Assembly (NCBI GenBank): GCA_013265495.1
Contig: MU058645.1
Coordinates: 248,001 to 312,000, forward strand
DNA: 64,000 nt
Source: Vicugna vicugna
Taxonomy: Eukaryota
Reading direction: 5' to 3'
The notes beneath the pieces are model-generated. The model did no database searches and was not told the DNA's origin. It saw only the letters and a program-made list of their open reading frames with translations. This document shows, in pieces, positions 10,650 to 21,690 of this stretch. The position numbers and the translations under genes are program-made. The first letter of the stretch is position 1. Every line of letters starts with the position of its first letter.

Positions 10650-13600
10650 TTGGCAGCTCGACGGGCACCAAGGAATCCTTACGAGGCATCCCAAGTCTTC
10701 TCTGAGGGCAGTGCAGTGACCCTCGTGGACAGAACTCAGACAAATCCTCTGGGGCACACAAGACTTTCACTAGCGTACAGCTGTGACCTAGTGAAAAGTA
10801 GGGGGCAAGGCAGCAAGTGAAGGAGATCTCCCAAGGCATAGCCTCCTTTTGGAAGAGGACAGAGGAAGAAGTGAGGGGTTCAGGACCACGGACAGCAGCC
10901 GGACACCCAGAGGCCCTAAGTTGAGGTCACTCAAGCGCTGAGATCACTGAGTGGTAAAATTCATATCAGTGGAACTTAGAGGTGCTAAATCCAGCAATGG
11001 GTGAAACAGCTAAGTGATTAAAAAAAGGAGTTGAGAAAAGAGAGAACGAAAGTCAGTGAGGAACTGAGAACATCAGCTGCTTTGGCTGACGGGTGAATAG
11101 GAGAGCAGCAGAACGGCCCCAGAGCCGCCAGCTCCTGCAAGTCACGGCCGACGACATCGCCAGCAAGGAGCACGAGTGCGACACAAGGTGCGAGCTGGGC
11201 GTTGACTGGGACACGACGCCTGCCTGAGCAAACTCACAAGAACACACATGTCCCTGAACCCCTGGAAATTCAATCCAAGAAGGAAATCACTCTTGGATGA
11301 GCATCCATCACTTCCTAACAGGACACTTCTGAAATGGGTGCTTCACACTGGTGGTCAGGGAACTGTTTTCCTTATATTAAATATCACTGAGTCAAAAAGT
11401 GTCTCATTATTGCAGAGGGCACTCATTTGCTACACGATTTTCAGAATATGATAGATGAAAACCCCCCAATCTGGTGAGCTAGATAGAGGTGGGGCACAGG
11501 AAAGGTATCTTGAAAATAAACACTTTCCATCCTCACCTTTATTTAATTAATTAATTAATTTTTTAAAGGCTGAAACTTACCAAATTTATTGAGAGAAATG
11601 GACATCCAGATTCATGAGCCCTAAAAGGCTGAAATCTTTGACATCAGAAGCAAAGCCCACAAAAGCAAAATAAGTAAGTGGGACCACATCAAACTAAAAA
11701 CTTTCTGCACAGCAAAAGAAACCACCAACAAATGAAAAGGCAACCTACCAACCGAAAGAAAAATTTGCAAATCATGTATCTGATAAGGAGTTAACATCCA
11801 AAATATATAAAGAACTCATAAAACTCAACAACAACAACAAAAACCAAACAACTCATTTAAAAAATCCATGAACCCAATGAGAAATTGATTTGAATAGGCA
11901 TTTTTCCAAGGAACATATACAGATGGCCAACATGCACATGAAAAGATGCTTTTTGGTTTTTGTTTGTTTTTAATTTTTCATTTTTAAAATTTTTTAAACT
12001 TTTTTAATTGATTTATAATCATTTTACAATGTTGTGTCAAATTCCAGTGTAGAGCACAATTTTTCAGTTATACATGAACATATGTATATTCCTTGTCACA
12101 TTGTTCCCTCTGTGAGCTACCACAAGATCTTGTGTGCACCATCCTCACCTTTAAACACTAAGTAGAACACTCCTGAGACTGCTGAACCCTCAGCCTGATG
12201 AGGTAGAATTGTAGATAAAATAAACAGACTAGTTTTTAAAAAATGGAAACAGCAAGAATGAAAGAGCTAAAAAATTCAGAAAAATTAAACTGGGTGCAAG
12301 TCTTCAGATGTTTAATTAAACATGGCATGAAAAAGGAGAATGCAGACAGCATGGATACTGAAGGTGTAATAATTACTATGAGACTAGTTGTTCTGGCTGT
12401 TCCACAGCCCAACTGGAAAAAAAAAACAGTAACGGATTTGCTTAGTTTATACTAGTTTTGATGAATTAAAAATTTTAATAATGACACAAAAAATAAATCA
12501 CCAACTCTTCAAATCTAGGGGTGATTTTAACAAGTGTGAGGTAAAAGGAAGGATTTTGATTCTTATAGAAAGGATGACAGGGTTTCTTGAGGCAACTCCC
12601 AGAAGAAGATTTGAGACCATTTGATTTGGAGAAGGTGTGTGGGGATGGTAAAGAAACATTTTTGTGATGTCTGAACAGTGGTGCAGAATGCACTGACATA
12701 CTAAAGCCTTCCAATGAAAAGTCGAAGGGGCATTTAATTAAGGTAGGAGCGTATGGTGCATGGAGTTGCATCCTCCCTATCAGAACGTATTATAGGAGTA
12801 GATGTGATGTCTGAATGGAGGGCCTTCCCCTGAACAAACCACTGTGGGGAAAGAGGATGTTGTGTGAATGTCTTCATCCTGTTTTAATTCGCCATGCTAC
12901 AGGGTAACTTAAACCATCTTGAGAGGCTCATTTAAAACAATTTTGTATACCTAGGATCATCAAGAAATTTTGACTTTAACTAATGATATATTGTATGCAG
13001 GTGTATTAGTACAAGCAAATTCCTTATGTCATAGTTCTGTATGAGCTGGAAAAAAGCTGGTGGCTCCTAGAGATTAATTACAGACTGTCAAGAACAACAA
13101 CAAAAAAATTGCACTTTAATAGCGAAAGTCATGCCCTAATATGGTATTAAAAATTGATGCTGTCAAACAAGCTAAGGGAGATTTGTGTTCTGTATTTGAT
13201 TTGGCCCACGCTGACCTAAGCGATGCTCTGTTGAGAAGTTACTCAGATGCAGTGAACATAAAATATCTTCTTCATGTCCAACTTGTCATCGGACCTTTTA
13301 TCCTACAGTCTACAGATTTTGGGTTTGTTTTTTTTTTTTTTTCACTTTTTAGGGTATAAGGCAATAATGAAGGTAAATAATATTTGGAAAACTGAAGCCA
13401 ATTTTAATTTAGTTAACTCAGTGGGCTCACACATCTCCCACTGATAGGAAAAATATTTGCTAAATGTGTCTGTGAAGCACACTGGCACATTCAGATTGAA
13501 ATGTATTTGAGGGTGCCTGCTACCCATATGACACTGACTTGGAGAACTCAACGTTTTGGGGTCCAAAATATTTTCTCAAGTTGCCTTCAAGCAATAAGCA

Positions 13601-13776
13601 CTCAACTGCAACATATTTGTTGGGAAAACAAGAATTAGCAGAGATGCTCTAAAAGTCTTAGGTAAAATTAGCACAGGTCTTAGGAGTCCTAGGACAAGTT
13701 TAATTTCTCTTTAATGAGGAGAGAATGCTGAGGGAAGAGACCGGCTTGGAAGAGAAAGAAGGGGCAGGGTGGTGAG
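10650..13776 (+). mobile_element. Degenerate class III (ERVL-type) endogenous retrovirus internal region: gag, protease, RT N-terminus, possible integrase and env remnants
   Basis: gag-like LLKWVLHTGGQGTVFLILN (ORF 11248-11451). Protease-like LPEEDLRPF...KETFL*CLNSGAECTDI...IKVGAYG from 12596, then SSLSERIIGVDVMSEW, matching ERVL DLRPF...TFxGLLDTG...VKVGAYG...ECIIGIDILSSW. RT-like AKGDLCSVFDLAHA (ORF 13141-13359) matches the xDLANAF motif. Purine tract at 13749-13776. Confidence 0.8.
11542..12138 (-). mobile_element. 5'-truncated young L1 carrying a 3'-transduced segment, inserted in ERV gag
   Basis: Flanked by identical CCATCCTCACCTTTA at 11527-11541 and 12139-12153. Contains the young L1 3' UTR (about 12005-12136, same family as 58185-58634), an internal T-rich tail (about 11950-12005), about 390 bp of older L1 in the opposite orientation, and a second AT tail (11542-11564). 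Confidence 0.85.
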
Positions 13777-14680
13777 TGTCCCGGAACAAAGACTAGGAAA
13801 AGCAGGTCAAGCAGACACTTAGATGACACAATGGGGGGAAGACAACAGTGTCCATCCACCCGACCCAGGAAAGGCCGGTGAGTATGTTCTTCCAGATGAA
13901 AATGAAGGTCATGGGATGAAACGGCCTGGCATCTCGGCGGTATGAGGTGAGCAGGATGCTGAAGATGCCTCTCTCTCTTCTCCTACCATCCAGTAGTCTT
14001 GTCCTCTGGTCATTTGGTCAAGTACTAATCAGGGTACTTCTGTGAAGGGACCTTGCAGATATAATTTAAAGTCCCAAGTCAGTTAACCTGAAGACACAGA
14101 CATTTTCTAGGTGGGCCTGATCTAACTGCACCAGCCTTTTAAAAGGCAGAAGGAGGCAGATGACGGACTCTTGCTGCCCTCCTGGAAGAGAGCAAACAGC
14201 TGTGCTGTGAACTGCTGGCGGACAGGGAGGCCTCTGGAGGCTGAGAACAGTCCCTGGCTAACAGCCAGCAAGAAAAAAGGAGCCTCATCTCTACAACTAG
14301 AGGAAATGAATTCTGCCAACACCAGTGAGCTTGCAGATGGACCCAGAGCCTCAGATGAGGACAGCTGGACATCAGTCTGTAGAGCTGAGCAGAGGATCCA
14401 GCTCCCTGGGGGAAAGACTGCTTGGTAACCTTGTTCCTTGGCTCCCCTGAGACCAGGGATCTTGCATGAGGTTGGTGGTACAAAATTAGAGGATGAAACA
14501 CGCGCTCTGCCCTGAGAAAGGGCCCTAAGCTGGAAGATCAGGACCTCCCTGACCTCTCCTTGCACCGTCCTCTCCTGCTGCCCTGCATCATTTATCTTTA
14601 TAAGAGCTGCACACGAAGGTACTCTGTGTGCTCCTGCACTCCTTGGGATGGCCTGACTCTGTGTGATCAGTACGTTCTGG
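13777..14680 (+). mobile_element. Putative 3' LTR of the ERVL provirus, split by an MLT1 insertion
   Basis: Starts TG directly after a purine-rich tract (AAGAGAAAGAAGGGGCAGGGTGGTGAG). A U5-like stretch (CTTTATAAGAGCTG...GAAGGTACTCTGTG) lies near 14600. Family and limits uncertain. Confidence 0.35.
13941..14405 (+). mobile_element. MaLR LTR, MLT1E/F-like
   Basis: CTGTGAAGGGACCTTGCAGATATAATT...GGTGGGCCTGATCTAA...ACAGCCAGCAAGAAA...GGAAATGAATTCTGCCAACA...CCAGAGCCTCAGATGAG...TGAGCAGAGGATCCAGCT. Confidence 0.8.
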
Positions 14681-14719
14681 TCCTCAAGGTGGTGTGGCCT
14701 AGGCTGTAGGATAGGCATG

Positions 14720-15960
14720 TCCAGACGTGGAGCACAGCTCAGAGTCCGGAAGCAGACCCCCACACATGAGGTATTTGACTTATGACAACAGTACCGCTGT
14801 AATTCCATGGGGAAAGGGTGTCGTTCTCAATAAATGATGCACAGCCAATTGCATTCATATGGAAAAAGGACTATTGATTCCTTCCTCACACTATACACAA
14901 ACGTAAAGTCTTGACGGATTGTTAATCCAAGGGTGAAAGTTATGACAGAAACAGTTTTAGAGGCAACATAATCTTCAGGGTCTTAGGAAGGCATATGTCT
15001 CAGTAGAATATCCACCTTTGAGAAAAGAGTTGATAAATTGGGCTACATTAAAATTAAGAACTTCCATTTGTCAAATGAAAGCACTGTCAAAATAGGAATG
15101 CCAGGCACAAATTGGAAGATATTTGTAATACAGAAAGTGAATGCCATCCAGAACAGAGAAGAGTTCCTATGAATCAATACAAAGAGACAGACTATACATG
15201 AGAAAAATGAATCCAAAGAACTTTTTGAGATAGAATACATAAATGGTAATGCAGATAAGAAAAAAGTGCTCAACCTCACTATCAGAGGAAAGCAAGTATT
15301 GTCATACACATTTAAAATTTTTATAGGGCTGTTAACAATATTAAGTGTTGTAGAGCATGCGGAGCATGTGGAATTATGCTGTACTGTTGGCTGGAGGGTA
15401 AATAAGTAAAATCACCCTAGAAAATCATTTTTCAGCACATAATTAACCCAAATACTTGGGTAACACATCTTGGCATTCATGCTTTCAGGTATCTGCTCAA
15501 GGTAAATGGCCATGTATGAGCAGCAACACAAAAATGATCGTAGCAGCACCGTCCGTAAGATCACCAAGCAAGAAATCTCCAACGTCCATCAAGTTTAGAA
15601 GAATGAGAAAATAAATTACAGAATGTCCATATAATATAACACCTTACCGTGCAACAGTGACACATTGTACAACACAGATGGCTCTTGCAACTGTAATGTT
15701 GAATACAAATCCAAACACCAGCAAGGATACCGTGTAATTCCCTCCTACACAAAGACGGAAAGAAGGCAGAACCAATCAGTGGTGGTAGAACTTAGGAAAA
15801 TGCTTGCTTCTGGAGAAGGGCGACATGACAATGATCTCTGGAGTGCTAATGCTTTCTTTCTTGATTTGGTTCTTGTGTTCATGTTTTAAAAATGTACGGA
15901 ACTGTACATGTGATTTTTGTACTTGTTGTTATGTATACACATTAAATAAAATATATTTAA
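14720..15960 (+). mobile_element. Old LINE-1 (L1ME-like) ORF2 3' part and 3' UTR
   Basis: TCAATAAATGATGC, TACATTAAAATTAAGAACTTC, GCTCAACCTCACTA, AACGTCCATCAA motifs in L1 order. Confidence 0.75.
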
Positions 15961-16254
15961 AATATACGCAAGCTATGGTCTGCAAAAATACAACCCTTTA
16001 AAGTTTCTGAAGTGAACCTTCAGGTTTTTAGCTTTTGATCAGACTACTTCTTCTACAAAGATCACGATTGTCTTTGCCTCTATGTCTTTTATTGACAAAC
16101 AATTGTGTAATACTTTATTTTATTTCATAACTATATATATATACACACATGTACATTTTAGGGAGCATTTAGAAGCTTTAATAGCAAGCTGATGGAGTAC
16201 TTTTGTGTTTGCTGAATCTAAGACAAAGTATTAGAATTTTGTCTTTTAAAAATC

Positions 16255-16425
16255 AACCTTATTGAGTTGCAATTTACATAAAATCAAATGCACACAATAT
16301 CAGGGTATAGTTTGATGATTTTTGACAAATATTTATACCCACCACCACTCATGGATGGACCTCAAAAACATCATGCTGAGCAAAAGAAGAAAGACGTACA
16401 AGACTAGATTGTATGATTCAATTTC
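16255..16425 (-). mobile_element. Short L1 3' end (- strand) joined to an inverted upstream L1 piece
   Basis: TTATTGAGTTGCAATTTACATA...TTTTGACAAATAT (antisense 3' end) abuts sense-strand CATGGATGGACCTCAAAAACATCATGCTGAGCAAAAGAAG. Confidence 0.65.
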
Positions 16426-17894
16426 AGTTTATTTTAACCCTAATTTGGGAAGTCATCAAGAAGTTAGAGATCAGACAACAGGTGGCATATGACCTTGAGG
16501 ACTTCTGGCACCCCAGCCTGCTTTCCCTTCATAGAACAAGCAGCCCTTTGGCATGGTTCCTGGCTCTACGTACGTCCCCTGGAGCCCACCTCAATAGTAT
16601 CCTTTCCCAGATTGCAATGAAAGAATGATAGGTCCTCAAAATTGGAAGAATCTCCAAGTTCATTTTAAATTTCTCTCCCTTGGGACATCACAACACGTGT
16701 TGTACACTGTTATAGCACACGGTTTTTGTCTCTTCCGTAGAGCTAATGAAAGACTAGACACTGCCTTATGTGATTGTGGTCACGTCACTGTGACAGCACT
16801 GCACACGGCAGACTGCAGGGGTTCCATCAGTGTCTGAGCCGAGGGCTGGGGCGGTGAGTGCAAGAGTCTTCTGTAAAACAACCGTGGTAGATCAGGGTCT
16901 CATGCTTGCATAACACTTACAAGTGGTAGGAAACCCATCACTGCCAAGAATCATCCAATTTCTTTTCTGTGTGTCTGTATTAATCTTTTAAAAAGGTTTC
17001 CTATATAGTGTGGCCTTCGATTGCCATTTAACCCTCCAAATGCAATGTCACAGCTGGCATTGAGCTCTTGTGGGATTTGTTAGTTTTTCTGAATATAAAA
17101 CCCAAATACTGTGTCATTGGAGAAAATCTTGGGAAAATAAGAAACAAATAAAAAAGAAAAGAAAATTACTTGTACTTCTGACATCCAGTGAGGAGTACAT
17201 TCGCAGATTCCTAAGCCGCGTCTCTTTCCCGTAAGCCACAGATACATCTCCCTTTATGATTATACAGTCTGATGTTTAAACGTATACACAAAACACCCAT
17301 GTAGCCCATGCGGTTTCTAGCTATCGTTTTGGCCCATGGAGCTCACTCCGAATCTCGAGCCTGTCACCAGCCTGAAAGCCCGCCCTTGCATCCTTCTCTT
17401 TGCCGCTGTTGAGTGAGGGCTGTCAAGGCCACAGAGGCTCCCCCACTGGCCTCTTCCAGAGACCCCGCTCTTCTGTGCCCCAACCCGGTCCCCTCTGGGA
17501 GCGATTCTGGTACTCGGAACGGGATCAGCCTGCGCTGCTCCGGCTCCCAGCAGCCGATTCTCTAACCCAGAGCAGAATGTAGGAACATGGGAGATGGGAG
17601 AGGCCCTTTAGGCATGAACTTTGGGGCTAGGGAGAGAAGAGGGAATGTAAAGGGGTAAGGGCAGATGAATGGGTGCCTTGGTGGGGTGGGTGGGTGTGGG
17701 AAGAACGGTGGTGAGCACTGGGCATCAAGAGAGTAAAGGCATGTCGAAGGGGTGGGCACGGGAGGCAGAGAGAACATTCACTGTACACACTTCTGCAGAC
17801 TGGCTTCCACTCGGTATGTTTCCAGGCATGACTCTAGGCCTACAAGTATGGTGAATCATAATGACATCCATCAAGTGTGGTATTTTGCTAGAAA

Positions 17895-18115
17895 TACAGA
17901 CTGAAGCCACTGTGGCTTGAATCCTGGTTTCGTGTCTTACTAGTCACGTGACCTTAGGCAACTTCCTTGATTTCTCTGTGCTGTTTTCCCCCAACTAAAA
18001 TGAAAACAATATCAGAATGACCTCATAGTTGTTGCAAGGAACAGATAAATTAATATATGCAAAGCACTTCTGACAGTGCCTTGCATCCATAGTAAGGACT
18101 TTATAAAGGATAGCA
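17895..18115 (+). mobile_element. MIR SINE
   Basis: TTGAATCCTGG...CTTACTAG...GTGACCTTAGGCAA...CTCTGTGC...ACCTCATAGTTGTTGCAAGGA...AAAGCACTT...ACAGTGCC. Confidence 0.85.
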
Positions 18116-18329
18116 GAATATTGTAAAAGAATGTTAATTTAGAAATTGAGTTAATTTAGAACATAACTAAATTAACATAAAAAACTATAAAAGAGACGTT
18201 TAGCTGTCTGTGTGCTCTGTTAATCCCAGTTCCTCTTCCACTCATTCCGTGAAAGCACTGGAAGTTGAATTGTCAACAAAAGCATTTTCAGGAAAGGAAA
18301 GCCATTTTTTAAAAACCTTGAATGTAATG

Positions 18330-18450
18330 TTTTACTGAAGTATAGTGGATTTACAGTGTGTTAGTTTCTGATGGATAGCACAGTGATTCAATTATGCACA
18401 CACACAAATACACATAATGTGTTAATTTTCCACATTCTTTTTCATTATAA
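18330..18450 (-). mobile_element. Short L1 3' terminus
   Basis: TTTTACTGAAGTATAGTGGATTTACAGTGTGTTAGTTTCTG...GCACAGTGATTCA is the antisense extreme 3' UTR of an artiodactyl-type L1. Confidence 0.7.
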
Positions 18451-21400
18451 GCAACCAGTATTTTTTCTTTTTTTGACTTTCAAAGGAAATAGACCACCTC
18501 AAGGAATCTGCTTGATCTGTTATCACCAACGCTTGCTCAGTCTGAGGCTGCAGCCTGTGGTCACTAGTAGAGGATGTGAACGCTGGGCTCACCCTCAGAT
18601 GCTCATCCACACAACGCTTTCGTTCACTTCGTCAGCATGGACGGCACAAAAGTAGAACGCGCTGTGCGAGGCCCCCTGGAGGCAAGTGCTGGGACAGCGG
18701 ACCAGGTGTTGGAGCAGGCTCAACCTAGGGGGAAAAAAGCTTAAATTTCTTGCAGGGAATTGTAGAAAATAGCTTGGAACTTTAATCAAACAAATTCCCG
18801 CTGAAAAGAAAGATTTCTGGAGTAAATCCTGTAGCTATTTGCAACATTTTAAAAAATGCTTATTGAGCTAAAAGTGGATATTTGTGTTATCCTGGGAAAT
18901 CGTCTCCTCAGTAGAGCAGTCTGTGACTTGCCGGCACGCTGTCCCCACGCGGTTTGCCGAGTTCTTGCATTAGGGGGTTATGAGGACCACATAAGCTTGA
19001 CGTGCTGTCAACACTTTAATGTTTCAGTTTTCACAGATTCAAGTTTCAGATCATTTCCTTTTGAAAAATAAAAATGCTTTTAAATGCTCCTATTTTAAAT
19101 GTCTTTTGATTGTATTTGCAATATTCACTATTTCATATGGGCATTAAATGTCTGAATTTGAAAAGAAAATTAAAAGCATTAAGTTAAAAAAAACACATGA
19201 AATTACTTTAGAATGAAAAAAATCAGCAACATTCAAGTCCCAGATTCCTACGGTGCTGGTCTTCCACCTGCCCCCCCACTTCTCTGGTTTGTAATTCTCT
19301 GCTTTACTGGAGGCATAATTCCCATGCAGAATTGAACCCTCTGCTACCAACTCCTGCTCTGTGATCAATATAATTTTTTAGAGTTAAAAAGGTAAGTACT
19401 TTTCACCTGTCTGAAAGGATCAGGATAGTTCCGGGCTTTTGGCATTTATACGTGAAATCCAGGAGAGGGTGAGACAGTTAAATACATTTTCAGCAGACAT
19501 GTAGGAATGGGTAATGAGAGAGCGTGTTCTGAAAGTACCTTGTAAGACTCAATGCAATATTAATACCCATTACTGTGAATTTTCCTTGTGTTTTCCTGTT
19601 CCCTTTCAATCCAGCTAAACCGTAGATCCTGAAAGAAAAATGTTTTTTGAGTTCAGAGTCAGAAGTTTCAAAATTGAAAAAAAAATTCTTCTCTTGGGAG
19701 ATAAAAATTAAAAAGTTACCCATGTGTATACTTTCCAAAGAGTGTCCTTCTGAAAAGCTGTTTGAAAGTCATAGGAGCTCAAGGGTCAAGGCCAGAGGGT
19801 GTCATGTCAGACGTGGGGACCGCATTACAGCGATGGTTGTGGCTACGCCCTCCGGCTGAAGCCCCCAGGTAAGTGGGTGGGGACCGTCATGCCTTCCCGG
19901 TCCAGGGGAGGGACTGCCCTCCAGGATCCCCGTGGCCCTGAAGGTGAGGAAACTCCATTCAGGCAACTTCCCTTCCCACCTGTCTGCCTCCTCAAAACCC
20001 TTTTTAGAGTTTCCAGCAGAAAGCTGGGCCAGCTCTATTTTGCAGCCCCCATGCAAAAAGCAATGGTTCCTTGCCAGAAATGAAAGTGGAAGAAATGGTC
20101 TTTGATGCTTCACAAACCCTGCTGAATAAAAGTAACGGCACACCGGCATCTATGAGCTCCAGGGTGAGGCCCTGGTGGAGGCACTGACCCCTTATAAAGG
20201 CACAGGGCGCTGCCGGCTGCCCTGACAGCCCCACCCCAACTCCTCCATGGAGGCCCTGGATGCAGGGGGAGTGGGGGTACGGAGGGGGCTGTGGGGTGAA
20301 CTGGGGCACGTCGGCTGGTGAGTGGTCATCCCGAGTAAGCGCAGCCCGGCATTCGGGGGCCTCGTTCCCGCACCTCTGCGTGGGGTGGGGACCAATTTGT
20401 TGAGAAAAGCAAAGGGTGAACCTCCTCAGTGTGTACTGTGTGTATCTAGCCCTCCTTTCTTACTTGGAAAAGAGAAGACCACCAGTTCCCACAGCTGGAC
20501 AGAGACACGTTCCTAACTCTCGCCAAGAATAGTAAGTGGAGGAGATGTTGGCCTTTCTTTTCTGAGGCAGAAGAGGCCCCGTGTGATTCTCCAGCCTCTG
20601 CCATGGCACACAGTGATGCTCTGGGTGATGGGGTTTCCATGACGCTGGGCCCTAAGTGACTCCTCTCACCTCCCCTTCCCCCTTGACGTCTGGATTCCCT
20701 GAGTGAGAAGTTCAGTGCTACAAGGAAAGACACTGAGCTGTGGGCTGCTCACAGCCATTGCATACACAGAGCCTTCCTGGATGAGCACAAGTGAGGAGAT
20801 GGGGCCAGGGGTACAAATACTCACAGGCAAACATGCCTGCACCCTGGGGACCCCTGGCTCGGGGCACTGGCCGATGGTTTCCACCAATCAAACATGATTC
20901 CTTGAAATCATCATTAGTTAATGTGAAATGTCAGATTTTATCCATGAGAGAGGTTTACAATAGTCTTACAACGTGCAAAACTATGGCTGTAAGAAGACCG
21001 AGCACTGCCTGCGCATTTGCTCTGTAACCATCAGCCGTGAAACTCCTAACCACCCAGAGCTTGTTTACTCCTGAGGTGCCAGGAGTCTGGGATGGAAGCT
21101 GCTGAGTTGGCACAGGCAGAGAGGGACTTCCAGCGCAAGGCAGAATGTCCAGGGGCTGTTAGGCTGGTGCCATGAATCCACTGGAGAAGCAGGAGGGCAA
21201 AGGATCAGCAGAAACCAACACAAACTAAACCCAGTCAGAAGGTTTTTGCAGTGTGCAGAGCCTCCTGCTTGTCGCAGAAAGAGAACAAGGGTCTCGCCAA
21301 GGGAGGAAAACGACACTGAAAACAAACTCCACAGACATGGAGCTTCACTAATTATGTCGTAAAAGGATCCAGCTGCTAAGTGGTTTTGCAAAGAGTAGCA

Positions 21401-21489
21401 CGAGGTTCCCATGGAGGTGGTGAAAGAAGGAAAATGTTAATGAACACACATTTTTTTCCCCAGAGATAGAATCAGGTCTGGCATGTGCA

Positions 21490-21690
21490 TGGCGTTTTAA
21501 TACGTAGTAAGTGCTCTCAGATCACTATCATGTCTGATGCCTACAGCAGTCTCGTAACGTGGGCAGGAAGCCAGCGCTACACCTGTTTTATCAGTGACGT
21601 CACTGAGACGCTTGGATGTGAAGTAACTTTTGACATCACATGCTGAGCTGTTACTTAGCTGGAGGGTTTAAAATCTCAAGTCTGTCTCTT
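21490..21690 (-). mobile_element. MIR SINE
   Basis: CTAC...CGTGGGCAGG...CCTGTTTTATCAGTGACGTCACTGAGAC...GTGAAGTAACTT...CATCACATGCT. Confidence 0.6.

Noticed and set aside
10645..10670. CA-T-TGGCAGCTCGACGGG as the provirus PBS and 5' LTR end
   Set aside because: Only a partial resemblance to a tRNA-Leu 3' complement, and I could not align a 5' LTR to the putative 3' LTR. Used only as an approximate boundary.
14122..14808. Longest ORF (228 aa, - strand) as a gene
   Set aside because: It runs antisense across an MLT1 LTR, a second LTR-like piece and an L1 edge. No recognisable domain; a chance open frame.
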